From contig NC_043009.1 of NCBI RefSeq assembly GCF_006345805.1, positions 13,888,001-13,952,000 on the forward strand: a stretch of 64,000 nt of DNA, in the 5' to 3' direction. This document shows, in pieces, positions 27,222-40,609 of this stretch (position 1 is its first letter; the number at the start of each line of letters is the position of its first letter). The notes under the pieces are model-generated. The model was not told the origin of the DNA. It saw only the letters and a program-made list of their open reading frames with translations, and searched no databases. The position numbers and the translations under genes are program-made. The stretch comes from Octopus sinensis (taxonomy: Eukaryota).

Positions 27222-27712
27222 CGTGGTGGTGGTGGTGGTGGTGGTGGTGGTGGTGGTGGTGGTGGTGGTGGTGGTGGTGGTGGTGGTGGTGGGTGGTGGT
27301 GTGGTGGTGGTGGTGGTGGTGGTGGTGGTGGTGACGATGGTAATGGTAGTGGTGGTGGTAGTGGTAGTGGTGGTGGTGGTGGTGGTGGTGGGTGGTGGTG
27401 TGGTGGTGGTGGTGGTGGTGGTGGTGGTGTTGGTGGTGGTGTTGGTGGTGGTTGTTTTGGTAGTGGTGGTAGTGTTGGTGGTGGTTGTTTTGGTAGTAGT
27501 GGTGGTGGTTGTGGTGGTGGTGGTGGTGGTAGTGGTGGTGGTGGTGGTGGTGGTAGTGTGGTGGTGGTGGTGGTGGTGGGGTGGTGGTAGTGGTGGTGGT
27601 GGTGGTGGTGGTGGTGGTGTTGGTGGTGGTGTTGGTGGTGGTTGTTTTGGTAGTGGTGGTGGTGGTGGTGGTGGTGGTGGTGGTGATGGTGGTGGTGGTG
27701 GTGGTGGTAGTG
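27222..27712. repeat. (GGT)n array with internal higher-order duplications
   Basis: GTTGGTGGTGGTGTTGGTGGTGGTTGTTTTGGTAGT block recurs near 27427 and 27617. Confidence 0.9.
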
Positions 27713-28639
27713 GCGATGCTTACTTAGTAGCTCTCGCTGTGTATACCGCTTCCGTTACATACATGCCAAAATTGTTATCAATCTTTGCCTGCTGCTGTTG
27801 TTATTGTTCTTGTTATTGTTGTTGTTGTTGTTGTTGTTGAAGTTGCTTCTATCGAAGACGTTATTGCCACTATTGGTGAATCTTTATAATGAAAGTAGAC
27901 AACGATAAAATATATTTTAAAATGTCCCACATTGGCAGAAGGCCAAACATTCTAAAGTCGGAATTTATAAAACCAACTTAAATGACACACATTATTTGAC
28001 TGGTACTTGTCTTACTTACTACTCGACTTCTATAACTAGTACTACATTATTTGTTTCTCTTTGATTTAGGCACAAGGCCTGCAATTTTTAGGGGAGGAGG
28101 TTAGTCGATTACAACGATCTCAACACTTGACTGGTACTCTATTTTATCCATCCCAGTTAGATGAAAAGCCAGGTTGGTATTATCGGGATTTGAACTCAGG
28201 ACATAGAGAACAATCCATCTTTTACATGACTGCTAATATAGCCACAAAGCCAGAAAATTTAAAGGAGGAGTAAAAAGCTTTTGAGCTAGGATTTCCTTGT
28301 GGAAAATAACTCATATTTATCCGAATTTGGGGGTATGCCCTACACATGTGATGCCTCGAAATAATGGAAGGCAAATTCGACCTCGGCAGAAGTCGAACTC
28401 AAAATCTAAAGAGGAAGCATTTTATCCAGTGTGCAATAGATTCTGCCATGTCGCTGCCTTATTCTTATTAATAATAATATAAACATTATTTATTAAATCA
28501 ACGATAGATATATTGTTGTAAAATTAAGGGTTATCAGAAACAGACTGTCTGCTTCTGTATGCGCTGAATTTTAAAAAACTAGTCGGTGTAAATTTAACCC
28601 TTCAAACTACACGGATATTTAAAATCACTCCCAGTAAAA

Positions 28640-29063
28640 GGATCTTTTCGGTTTGAACGGCAGTTTTTCTGGCGGTGTCATATGAAATTGTCACCCATAA
28701 TTATAACCCTGGTATCGATCTATTGCATTTCAATCTGTTCTAGGGTTTAGAGTTAGTTAGGGTTAGGGTAAGGGTATCTTTTTTTTTCTTCAGAAATGTA
28801 AATAAATACAATCTGTTTCTTAAACGAGGGACATATTCATACGGCACAGAATGTTTTCATCTCAATAGACGTCAGTGATTGGTTGAAATTGCAGAAATTG
28901 AAGGAAAAAAAACATCAAATATCTTACAAACTATTGAATTTTCTCAATAAAGCCAGGAGAAAAAGATGTTTTATAAACACATTCTACCAGTATACGAATT
29001 TTAAAAGTGTTTAGCTACGTGGAAATTATTTTTAAAAAACTGCCGTTCAAACCGCAAAGATCC
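28640..29063. mobile_element. MITE (424 bp) with about 30-bp TIRs and 8-bp TSD
   Basis: GGATCTTTTCGGTTTGAACGGCAGTTTTT ... AAAAACTGCCGTTCAAACCGCAAAGATCC. CAGTAAAA duplicated at 28632-28639 and 29064-29071. Confidence 0.88.
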
Positions 29064-29640
29064 CAGTAAAATACTAGGCTTTGATTTCACTCTACCCACA
29101 CCTATTATTTAAAAACTACCCACACCTATTATTTATACTAAAGTTTAAATGTTTTGCTCGATAGATTAAGTAGTTCGAAACTATCAGAATATTTGACTAA
29201 CTTTGTGTTTCCGGCCACTACTTTCTGTGTTCAAATCCTGACCGAGATATTGATACAATAAATGCTAGTCATGTATTGATCCAATATTGGATTGATTGAC
29301 TCAGAAGAAAACAATAGTAAATTCCTAGTTCCCGCTTTTGCCGTTGTTTCATTTTAATTATTTGCGAAATAAACAGAATCAAATCTCAGTAGCACATATG
29401 AGACACTGAATCTCTGAGTGTCAACTTATAGGCTACAGTATAATAACTAAACAGCCTCTTATTTATTTATTTATTTATTTATTTGTTTGTTTGTTTGTTT
29501 GATTGTTTGTTTGTTTATTACCATTCAATAATAATGGCCGCAAGTAATCTAATCGCAAACGGACAAACTTCGCGAACACCTGTCACTTTATGAGACCAAG
29601 TATGATGAAATGTATATTATCCAGGGCGTTGCCAATGGCA

Positions 29641-29920
29641 GTGTGGTGGTGGTGGTGGTGGTGGTTGTTCTGGCGATGGCGGTGGCGGTGGCGACGGCGG
29701 CGGTGGTGGTGGTGGTTGTTCTGGTGGTGGTGGTGGTGGTGGTGGTGGTAGTTCTGGTGGTGGTGGCGGTGGTGGTGGTGGCGGTGGTGGTAGTGGCGGT
29801 GGTGGCGGTGGTGGCTCTGGTGGTGGCAGCGGCAGCGGCAGCGGCGGCGACGGCGACGATGGAGGCGGCGGCGGTTGTGGTGGTGGTGGTGGTGGTGGTA
29901 TGATGGTGTGATGGTGGCAG
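29641..29920. repeat. Degenerate (GGT/GGC)n array
   Basis: Direct reading, with a recurring GTTCTGG interruption. Confidence 0.9.
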
Positions 29921-30774
29921 GATATAGCGTGATTGTGTGACGGATAAAGGAGTAGGAAGTACATATAAAAACGAGCAAAGAAAAACAATATGTTTCGATC
30001 AATCTGTGCGATAGAAATCAAAGCTTAATTGAAACCTTTTCAGCATTGACTGTTAAAGCAAGACTCTGTCAGGCTGGTGTCAGGAGACCAAGTGAGAACT
30101 GGGGGAGGGGGAGAATCACTGCTCCGCATAATTCATTCCTTTTCCTAATTTAAATTGAAATTCGCAATGGCAACAACAAAAACATCAAGAAATATAACAG
30201 CAGTATCAGCAGCAGTGTATAATATTTTTTTTAATCCATAGCTCTCAGTTTAATCCATTAAGTGCTAGTCACCAGGGATTAAGGTCGTAACCTAGATTTC
30301 TAGTCATAAGAGGAACTTCATAAAATGTCACAATGATGACATTTTTCGGACAGTGGATTGTTGCATTTTTATGCTTTATTATGTTTTAGCACCCGCACGC
30401 TCTTTTGGTGTTTGTTCGTATACAACTGTTTTCTATGCGAATACTTCTGATAAGAGAAATAGAAAAGCAAGCCGAATGTTTACCGGCTATTCCATCTAGT
30501 CTTCCTTCGTTTCTGTACTCATATCTTATCTAAATCAACTGTAGAAACAGCAATACATATGTGCAATTCTGCTCCGCAGTTGCATCACTATCTTCTTGAT
30601 TCCACCATATAACTACACAGAAGATTTCTTCCGTTGTCCACTCGCCACGTTGCGAGTTTTCTCAAATTGGGGCAGCTTACGGTTTGTTTGTTTTTTGTTA
30701 TTTTTGTTTCTTGTTTTTTTCCTTTGTATATTGTATCCTAAAGTTTCATTATATTAATCAAATAGATTTTGCTA

Positions 30775-30952
30775 AAAACACATGAAAAAACAACAAAACT
30801 AGGACGTGGTACATGCAAAATATTATCAGACACTCAGGGAAGGAAAGACAGGTAGTTTTACGTTTCGAGCAAAGCTCTTCTTCAGAAATAGGAAACAGAG
30901 GAAAGTATCCAAGAGAAAAGGAAGACGGAGGAAAGAAATCGCCAACGATCCA
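30775..30952 (-). mobile_element. Family F module
   Basis: Homology to 866-1050 and 40610-40796. Confidence 0.7.
30855..30890 (-). ncRNA. Minimal hammerhead, family F, intact core
   Basis: UUU CUGAAGA A GAGC UUU GCUC GAAAC GUA AAA. Confidence 0.65.
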
Positions 30953-31310
30953 CATGTGGTCATAGACCTACTTGTGTATGTGGTGGGTTTTTATCTCCCT
31001 GCTAGCGATATAAACAAGAGTGCATTTTGCACCAAAAGCCAATGTGGGACATTTTCTCATGGTAACCAACGCAATATAGTTTATCCTAATAGATCAAGCA
31101 CAATTAAGGGGAGATAAATATTACCTTTCGTTGTTAATAGTGCCACTGTCACTCTTCATTAAGAGTTGCAAACATTTGTGAATATAGACAAATAATTGTT
31201 GATAGAAAAAACAATTTTGTAGGGGAAGTTAATGGATGGACAATGATGGATTGAGTTACACTGGGTTTAAGACACAGGAGTGATACTAACAGAAGTAAGG
31301 GAGAGATATA

Positions 31311-31490
31311 TATTTCTTTATTACCCACAAGGGGCTAAACACAGAGGGGACAAACAAGGACAGATAAATGGATTAAGTCGATTATATATCGACCCCAGTG
31401 CGTAACTGGTACTTAATTTATCGACCCCGAAAGGATGAAAGACAAAGTCGACCTCGGCGGAATTTGAATTCAGAACGTAACGGCAGACGA
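31311..31490 (-). mobile_element. SINE B, 5'-truncated
   Basis: Reverse complement of the B body and tail. Confidence 0.88.
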
Positions 31491-32161
31491 AGGTAGACTG
31501 TAATGGCTAGGGGGCAAAAGGTTGGTTAGCTAGCTAGCTTAGATCAGAGGAGTCGCTGTCCATATTGTTGACAAAAGAGCGGATTATAAATAGATTTGCT
31601 GACCGACTGCTCAGATGCAAGCATACAGCCAAACACCTGTTCATACAATACAATAGAAACTACACCTAACCGACACAAACCATAACCCCGACAACTCAGA
31701 TTAACCTCCCTCTCCCCCCCACCGATTGAGAAACCTCATGAACTGCAACCTTCGAGACTATACGAAAGAAGGACCAGATGAGAACGCTAAATCTTTTTAG
31801 CTACGTTTGTATAGGACACTTGCAGAAGGCAACAGTAAGTAACTAGAACATAGTCTTTTCAAAAACGTAACAGACTGATTTACAAAAGAGAAAAAATGTT
31901 TTTCCCAGACACAGTTATATTTACATATTTTCCCATATGATTCCTTCAGAACGCAACTAAGAGTAACTAAAATATGCAAAAGTAAAGGTACTAGAGTATA
32001 GCTTCTAAATTAACATAACAAAGGAATTACCTAAAGAGGAAGAATATGTCTTTCTATATCTTTACAACTTCAGTGCAAATATTTACACCCTCTGTTAAGA
32101 TATTGATGTTCATGTGTTCAGATATGTAACATTACAATGAAGCTGGATAATAATAATAATA

Positions 32162-32208
<47 letters not shown>

Positions 32209-32378
32209 GCAACAACAACAACAACAACAAATAGTTACTGCTTGAAAGACTAACGAGACAATAGACATCCGTAGCTCTAATCGAGTCGCAGCTGTATATG
32301 CATGCACTAGCACTATGACCCGGCGTTGCCAGGTCATAGTGCTAGTACTCAATAATTGATATTTATAGTTTTGAGTGT

Positions 32379-32577
32379 GGCGAGCAAGCAGAATGGTTAG
32401 CACGCCGGTTAACATGCTTAGCGGCATTTCATCCGTCTTTACGTTCCGCGGTGGGGAACTTTGGCTTTTATCCTTTCGGAGGTCGATAAAATAAGTACAA
32501 GTTGAGCACTGGGGTCAATGTAATCGATTTACCCCCTATGCTGAAATTGCTAGCCTTGTGCCAAAATTCGAAACTAA
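32379..32577 (+). mobile_element. SINE B with alternative tail (B2)
   Basis: B head and core followed by TTACCCCC...AAATTGCTAGCCTTGTGCCAAAATTCGAAAC. Same tail at about 1560, 28070, 39920 and 49070. ATTTATAGTTTT on both sides. Confidence 0.8.
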
Positions 32578-32785
32578 ATTTATAGTTTTTGCCTCTTCAC
32601 CGTAAGCAAGTCATTAATCTACATCTTGTGATGGGACTTTAGCTGGGGAGTTCAGGACTTTAAGGATACAAACAATTACTCTTCTCTAGTTCGCGGTGGT
32701 CCAGAGTGATGGTAACTGCTTTGGATCCCAGTAATGGGTCAAATAGCAGATGTCCTGTGGCTAAGGAAAGTGTTGCACATGCCTT

Positions 32786-33015
32786 GCTGTGAGTTGGCAG
32801 AATCCTTAGCACGCCGGGCGAAATGCGTAGCTGTATTTCGTCTGCCGTTACGTTCCGAGTTCAAATTCCGCTAAGGTCGACTTTGCCTTTCAGCCTTTCG
32901 GGGTCGATAAATTAAGTACCAATTACGCACTGGGGTCGATATAATCGACTTAATCCGTTTGTCTGTCCTTGTTTGTCCCCTCTGTGTTTAGCCCCTGTGG
33001 GTAGTAAAGAAATAG
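32786..33015 (+). mobile_element. SINE B
   Basis: Full B head, core and tail. Confidence 0.9.
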
Positions 33016-33749
33016 ATATGACCTAATACCACGTCACCTAGTTCCTTTGCCTCATGATCACTTGACTCTTTGACATGAGAATGATTTCAAGTGAGTATGA
33101 AACTTGAAATGTATGCTATAAAAATAACACTTGTCAACGGAAAACCACTGCTGTATCTTTCCCAAGGAAACTCATAAATCTTCAGATTTTACCATAGAAG
33201 TCCATATTCATTGATGCCTGTACGTGTGGTGAGATGAAGAAAGATAATCTGGGTAGACACTGGCTGCCTTGCCTTCTCGTTGTGCACATCCATAGCAGAT
33301 ACAGTGTCTGTGACAGCAGCATGGTAACTAAACATTCAAATCTACAAAAATATTTTTCTTCTCTCTCTCTCTCTCTCTTTCTATCTCTCTCTCCCTCTCT
33401 CTCTCTCTCTTTCACACACACACACTCACTCTCTTTCTCCCTCTTTCTCTGACTAATATTAAGTAGAGGCAGAAAATAGATCGGATTCGTTTATAATAGC
33501 TAAGCCGAAGGTCAATATCTCTACAGCAATACGCATTTAAAATATCATTTATAATACATAAAAATGACATCAAGTTTTTTTTGCAGTGGTCATTGCAGTG
33601 ATTATGGCTTCCAAACCACTAAGAAATAAAACTGTAAAAGGCGAGCCATCCCAGAGAGTAAAAATGAAACAGGATTAATTTATTTATATCAAATCTATGG
33701 AATATGATCAAGAATAATAAACGTCCAATCTATTCTATTTTGTGGAAGA

Positions 33750-34190
33750 GAATTCTATGAGTACCAAGCCACCTGCATATTTTGAATATTCATGTATTCC
33801 ATGATTAATGCCTGGAATTAGTAGTAAGCTCATTGTCATCCTATTTCGATTATCTGATTGATTAACATTATTCCCGTACACTATAAATAACTCTAGAAAA
33901 TATGCTAATGACACAAATATCACATACACTCTCTCACCTATATCTAAAATCTAAATGCCTATTGAAAATGCCCGTTGAAAAGGAGAGACACACAAATAAG
34001 AAACAAGAAAGCAAAGGACCACTGATGAGGTCACAGAAGTGTGACGAAAGAACTCTGGCCGAAATAAGATTAAGATTAATGTAAAAAATAAATAAACCTG
34101 AAGCAAATTAACACCAAAGCGTGTGTTTTTATTGGCTAAACTGGCAACATGACCATTCCTAAATACAACAACATCTGTTTCAACATACGA
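33750..34190 (+). mobile_element. Decayed PLE 3' end (GIY-YIG C-terminus remnant, HHR, terminal repeat)
   Basis: RKYANDTNITYTLSPISKI*MPIENAR*KGE aligns loosely with the C-terminus of the PLE at 6270-6420. 34128-34170 is the reverse complement of 58243-58285. Confidence 0.5.
34016..34060 (+). ncRNA. Type-I hammerhead ribozyme, intact core
   Basis: GG(A)CCA CUGAUGA G GUCACA GAAG UGUGAC GAAAG AA CU C UGGCC: 5-bp stem I, 6-bp stem II with tetraloop, CUC triplet. Confidence 0.75.
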
Positions 34191-34372
34191 TTTCGCATCA
34201 AGAAAATAATTCCATAATCGTGTATTCGTATAGGTGTGTGTGCGCCCATGCGTATATACACACACACACTCCATACATGTACATACACGCATACATACAT
34301 ATATATATTCACACAAGCATGTGTGTGTGTGTGTATGTGTGTGTGTGTATGTGTGTGTGTGTATGTGTGTGT

Positions 34373-34409
<37 letters not shown>

Positions 34410-34479
34410 AGAGAGACAGGGGGGTGGTGTGTTTGTTTCGCGTGCGTGTATGTGCAGTGATTATCAACTCGATTTCTAA

Positions 34480-35800
34480 TTTCTCATTGCAAAAATATCT
34501 TTATACCACATTCCATACCTCTTCTGCCATATTTATCCAAAAGTCTTTGCCAAACGGACCTCATAGTTTTCAAGAATCACAGCCAACATATACTCTGCTT
34601 CGTTGGAAATGGATTTTGTATTTTCACTCCGTCAACAGATTTGCACATTTTGGACATGTAAGACAGCAGTATTCTTCGGCAAATGCTGCAGCTATATGCA
34701 TATAAATACCTGTTTTGGTTTCCAACGATATATTTCATGAATGGTGATTTTGGCTTTTTAACGTGCACTATAACCACAGGTGGTACAAGTGGCATTTGTT
34801 GGTCATTCAAGGTTGAAATGTTTGACGGAATGGGAGTCCAATGTGAATTTTGTAAGTGTATGTACGTTAGAAAAAAGGTTATCAGGGGATGGAATTCTGG
34901 AGTGCTATAATTCTAAGAATGAATGGTTACTGTTGGGAAGCTGCTACTTGTATGACGGATCAAAGGTGGTACAAAATTGGAAAGTCCTGAAGCTGAGATG
35001 TCGTTACTGTATGAATTGAAGATGCGTAGCAATGAAACAACGCGTCTATGAACCACTTGTAGTGTGAGCATTTGCTAATCGGGTGGTTGATCTATATTTA
35101 ATGTTCTAAAGCAAGTGTTTCTGTTTGTATCAATAGCATTAAGATTTACAGGCAGTATTTTAATAACACGTGATAAGATTGATCGGAATTTAAATGTTTT
35201 CTGGGATGAAAGATGAAATTTATGTATTTTTATTTGGCAGCGCTATAAATAAACATGATAGAGCATGAGACTGCGATGCCTATCATCTGTCACAATAGTG
35301 AGTATTTTAAATCTGTGGGCTATTCATGTTCAAGGAGGTTGTACTTTCAAAAATGCTTCCTTGATGCGTGCGGGGTTTAACAATCAGTGTTGTTTAGAAA
35401 AGCGGGTAGGTTTTCATGTCGTATTTGAATAGTGTTTTCTTTTAAACTTTCATAAAATCTATATAGATCTAGCATTGCATGTCAAAGTTACGTTTGAATG
35501 ACGTGTGTATACTGAAGATTAACGAAGGGGGAAGATTGTTGCCCTCTGAATAAGAGTGTTTGTAACTGGAGAGTAAAACTACATCTAAGTCGATCACATT
35601 CTGAATAACTAGAGGCATATGTGAACCCTCAATTACATCCGAAACTAGTGAATGGCCCATGGATGCAAGCGGCGATTAAAAGGCCTAATATGATACGAAA
35701 CAGTATTTTTCGAGAAAGTCCTTAAATGAAAACCGATTGAAACCATAACTAATATCATGGCCAACAACATTGCTAACTTCATTGTTTTAAGAGGTAACAT
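34480..35800 (-). pseudogene. Decayed PLE RT core/thumb to GIY-YIG
   Basis: Minus-strand, ordered remnants ASMGHSL, HSNVTLT, KPT, AHRFKILTIVTDD, CTTC and YLYAYSCSIC. Confidence 0.5.
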
Positions 35801-36029
35801 ACGACCTGTATGTAAGTAAGAGAGAAAGTTCCTTTTTGATATGGACCGGTAGAAACTATGGAAGGTCTAAGAAAACAAGGGCAGTTTGACAAATAATCAG
35901 GTAAGTGGTTGTTTAAGGTTACTTAAATCACCAACGAGAAATCGGAAATGGGATATGGTAGATGGTTTATTGTTAAGGTCTTTTCGTCGCATGTACATTA
36001 TCGTAACAGATACAATATATTACAACAGA

Positions 36030-36252
36030 CGGCGAGCTGGCAGACACGTTAGCGCGCCGGTCGAAATGCTTAGCGGTATTTCGTCGGTCGTTACGTTCTG
36101 AGTTCAAATTCCGTCGACTTTGCCTTTCATCCTTTCGGAGTCCATAAATAGAGTACCAGTTTCGCACTGGGTCGATGTAATCGACTTAACCCCTTTGTCT
36201 GTCCTTGTTTGTCCCCTCTATGTTTAGCCCCTTGTGGGCAATAAAGAAAAAA
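36030..36252 (+). mobile_element. SINE B
   Basis: Full B element with TTACAACAG on both flanks. Confidence 0.9.
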
Positions 36253-37160
36253 ATTTTACAACAGTGTATAGAAATAAGATTCGGTGTTAAAATTATTCAA
36301 CAAACTTTAAGTTGATTAAGTAATTACTTAAACTTTGTTATGTTTATTAAGTAATTAATAAATTTTTTTAAAATTCAATTCCATTTAGAACATAAATCCG
36401 TAGAAATAAAATATTTTCATATTCTTTTGATTTTATAAACTCCATTTAATCTTTACAGCAGGTGTTGTTAAAAAAATATTCTCTAGCGTTTTAGTTAAGT
36501 GTATAAAGTAAAATTTTCGATTTTAATCGGTTAAAACAAAGAGAAATCTTACAATTAATTAATTTATTTATTTGTCATACACAGATGTTACAAAATCTTT
36601 GTGAATACCATAATTCTTTTAATCGTTACGTCAGTGTTGAAGTTTTGCTTACTTAATGTAAGTGTATCGTCAAATATATATCCAAAGTATATATTTCAAA
36701 AGACTCACGTTCAAAACTACAGGTCACTAAAATATTGGTATAATGTTGCAGCTCTGAGCTGAAACAAGAAAAACGAAGGTTCTCGCTGCTTGGTACTGGT
36801 TTTATAGTTAAGACTGGGCTTGTGAAAATTATGTGTTGTTAATAAAAACGGCACTACATCGGAGGCTCTGACATCCCGATATATAATAGACTCGATAAAT
36901 ATGAATTATCTGCTTGAGTAGTCACAATAAGTCAATGGAAGTATAATAGGTGTTGTGATACTTCTTTACCAATGTAGAGAAACTTAAACAGAATAAATTC
37001 AAGACGACTGCGGATCGTACAAACTCCACTGATAACTAAAATTTGAAGGAGTTTACGTTGACCTTTTAATAATCGACGTGGCTTTCATAAAATATTTCCT
37101 TTAGTTATTTCTGGTTTCATTATTATAACAATAAGAAAACAATAATTGTTTTAACTAAAG

Positions 37161-37475
37161 GCGTAGGAGTAGCTGTGTGGTAAGTAGCTTGCTTACGAAC
37201 CACATGGTTCTGGGTTCAATCCCACTGCGTGGCACCTTGGGCAAATGTCTTCTACTATAACCTCTGGCTGACCAAAGCTTTGTGAGTGGATTTGGTAGAC
37301 GGAAACTGAAAGAAGCAGGTGCGTTTACGTCCCCGTAACTTAGCGGTTCGGCAAAAGAGACCGATAGTACTAGACTTCCAAAGAATTAGTCCTGGGGTCA
37401 ATTTGTTTCGACTAAAGGCGGTGCTCCAGCATGGCCGTAGTCAAATGACTGAAACAAGTAAAAGAGTAAAAGAGT
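37161..37475 (+). mobile_element. SINE C, internally deleted
   Basis: C head and tail present; central microsatellite part missing. Confidence 0.88.
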
Positions 37476-37587
37476 AATGTTCGATGAAAAATAACTCGAA
37501 ATAAATCATAAAGTGATACTTTAAAATACTTTTTATTAGCATGAAATAAGTTCTCTTACAATCGTTGTTACTGCTTAGTCTTATACT

Positions 37588-37913
37588 TTCTAGACTCCGC
37601 CGGTTACGACGACGAGGGTCCCAGCTGATACGATCAACGGAACAGCTTGCTCGTGAAATTAACGTGCAAATGGCTGAGCATTCCACAGACACGTGTACCC
37701 TTAACGTAGTTCTCGGGGATAATCAGCGTGACACAGAGAGTGACAAGGCTGACCCTTTGAAATACAAGTACAACTCATTTTTGCCAGCTGAGTGGACTGG
37801 AGCAACGTGAAATAAAGTGTCTTGCTCAAGGACACAACGCGTCGCCGGGAATCGAACTCACAACCTTACGATCATGAGCCGAATGCCCTAACCACTAAGC
37901 CACGCGCCCTCAC
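37588..37913 (-). mobile_element. SINE family D (CORE-type), full length
   Basis: TGGCTTAGTGG and GTTCGATTCC boxes, CORE-like TGTGTCCTTGAGCAAGACACTT...CAGCTGGCAAAAATGAG. TSD AGTCTTATACT at 37577-37587 and 37914-37924. Confidence 0.92.
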
Positions 37914-39237
37914 AGTCTTATACTAGTACTGAACGAGTTGGCCTATGATCAACTAATAAGCGACGCTTTTGATCACCCTGCCTTGTATATAAAAAGTTAT
38001 GCAGTTCATTGTAACATGCTTTTTTAAGAATGAAAGATTCTAATTTGAGTGAGATTTAGTTGTCATTCGTTAGAGTTGCGGCAATCATATAGAGGGTCCT
38101 AATTAGCTTGCCTTTTACGAATGTTTTGGAAATAATTGTTAATAAATTCTATTCCTATTGCACCATCATTGCCCTATCTTGTTGTTTGTAATAATCAATT
38201 AAGACTATGAAATTAAACAATATATGTGTTTTGTCTATTGGATAGTTTAACTGATATCATGGAAAAGACTAATTTCTCGTCTCATATATATCTTAGGTTA
38301 GTTACATGTCTTAGAATTCTTTACATTTCTACTTAAATATCAACTAACTATTCGTCTATTTCTTCGATATTTATATTAGTTGGTTATACATAGACTGTAA
38401 ATTGATAGAAATAGTAGAGCGTAGGATAAACTGCCTTGCGGTACTTGTTTTTATAAACATTAGTATATAACTCACTTATGTCTTTCATATTTTATTGTCA
38501 TTAAATAGACAGAATCGCCAGAGCGTAGGACAAAATGTCTTGCGGTATTTGAGCAAGTTGATAAAATAAAGAACCAGTTCAGTGTTGTTGATTAGCAGTA
38601 TTGTTAGAATATCGCACAAGATGTCTGATGATATTTGTTCCAAGTCTTTGCATCCTAAGTTCCTGAGTGACAGACTCAGTCTGTCACCCGGTTTAACACC
38701 ATTATATAATCTTTGGGCACTTTTAGCAGATTCACTTTTTGGAAGCATTGAAGCCAGATTTCCAGTTTAAGGATAACTTCCACCTTTCTACCACCAATTT
38801 GAGGGCTCTGACTTTTTTTAAATTTTAAAAAGGGGTCATGATGTCATTTTTTTCTCCTTCCGGATTAAACAGTAAAGCAAAAATCAAATAAATTGTCATC
38901 TAAGAACGATTACAAGGGAATTTTTGTAAGAATAACTATTAGAATTACCATTATAAGATTACGATTATAGAATTACTATTCATCTTCTTAAGGATTTAGA
39001 AATTTATTTCAATATATAAAAACCAAACTAATAATTAAACTAATGATAAAATTGATTGTTTTCATTTAATACTATTCCTAATTGACTATCCAGATTAATT
39101 AATATTTTATAACTTTAGAAATCCTAGCATTTACGACTTCTAAAATATTTTTGTAAAATTACTAAATCGATGACTTTCCTACTAAATTTAGTTCATCTCT
39201 CTTCCTCTCTGAGCAACTCTATAGATAGCCTACACAG

Positions 39238-39905
39238 GGCGGCGAGCTGGCAGAATCGTTATCACGCCGGGCGAAATGTTTAGCAGTATTTCGTCTGCCG
39301 CTACGTTCTGAGTTCAAATTCCAACTTGTATGATTGAGAAACTGTCTAGTGATGACTTTTTTTTTCCACTACCTTAACAAATTACCCGAAGAATTCATAC
39401 ATAACCTTATAGATATCCCTACCAATCAATAGATATTCCTAATATTTAAAATATCACAGTAGGAATAAGAAAGAGCAGATAAGAACAGATAAGAAATTTA
39501 CCTTTCATCCTTTCGGGGTTGATTAAATAAGTACCAGTTACGCACTGGGGTCGATATAATCGATTTAATCTGTTTGTCTGTCCTTGTTTGTCCTATCTGT
39601 GTTTAGCCCCTTGTGGGTAGTAAAAAAATAGGTATTTCGTCTGCCGCTACGTTCTGAGTTCGAATTCCGTCGAGGTCATCTTTGTCTTTCATCATTTCGG
39701 GGTCGGTTAAATAAGTACCAGTTACTCACTGGGATCGATTTAATCGACTTAATCCGTTTGACTGTCCTTGTTTGTCCTCTCTGTGTTTAGCCCATTGTGT
39801 GTAGTAAAAAAATAGGTATTTCGTCTACCGCTACGTTCTGAGTTCAAATTCCGCCGAGGTTGACATTGCATTTCGTCCTTTTGGAATCGATAGAATAAGT
39901 AACAG
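39238..39905 (+). mobile_element. Composite SINE B: head, foreign insert, then tandemly repeated bodies
   Basis: Head 39238-39322, insert to about 39495, then body units restarting at GTATTTCGTCTGCCGCTACG (about 39632 and 39815). Confidence 0.85.
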
Positions 39906-40572
39906 TTAAGCACTGGTAACCTACCCGCTCGCTTGAAATTGCTACACTTGTGCTAAAATTTGAAACCAATATTTCTTTTGATAAATAAACCGCAAAATAA
40001 CTACTCTCTTTCCTGTTTTTCTTCAATAGCAGTTTCATCAGTTAACATCTATTTGTGTTTCTTAGGAAATGTTGTCGAGTATACGACAACTGTATCTTTT
40101 TACGACTAAATGTTGAAATATAATCCCGTTTCTCAATCATACAAGTTGGGATTAATGCTTAGAGTAGGAAAGTTTAGTTTTATTAGTTACACTCAGTGGC
40201 AGTAAGAAATATTTTGCACAATAAATATTCTCTCTTTTTTTTTTTGATGATGAAATAATCCACAAAGTTTGTAAATCATACATATAATAACTTTCAAATT
40301 TACAGCAAACCTAGAATAATTACAGATCATATCTTGTGGGAAATATGAACGTGAAATATGATAGCCAAATGCTGAAATTGATATAATCTATGACAAGAAT
40401 ATTTTTGTCTAGTGATGACTTTTTTTTTTCCACTACCCTTAACAAATTACCCGAATAATTCATACATAACCTTATAGATATCCCTACCAATCAATAGATA
40501 TTCCTAATATTTAAAATATCTCAGTATGAATAAGAAAGAACAGATAAGAAAAAAAAAATAAATAGTATATAT

Positions 40573-40608
<36 letters not shown>

Positions 40609-40609
40609 G

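Noticed and set aside
27156-27840. Poly-Gly and poly-Val ORFs (144 and 219 aa)
   Set aside because: Frames of a (GGT)n array with frame-changing interruptions. No splice sites or non-repetitive domain.
29583-30021. Poly-Pro, poly-His and poly-Val ORFs resembling extensin or His-rich proteins
   Set aside because: Trinucleotide repeat open in several frames on both strands. No supporting gene structure.
35853-35900. 48-nt segment ending in a strong CAG|GTAAGT donor
   Set aside because: Stops in all three frames and a poor acceptor.
36585-36657. Possible exon (CAG|...|GTAAGT) with a hydrophobic open frame
   Set aside because: 73 nt with a weak AT-rich acceptor. Such signals are common by chance and no partner exon was found.
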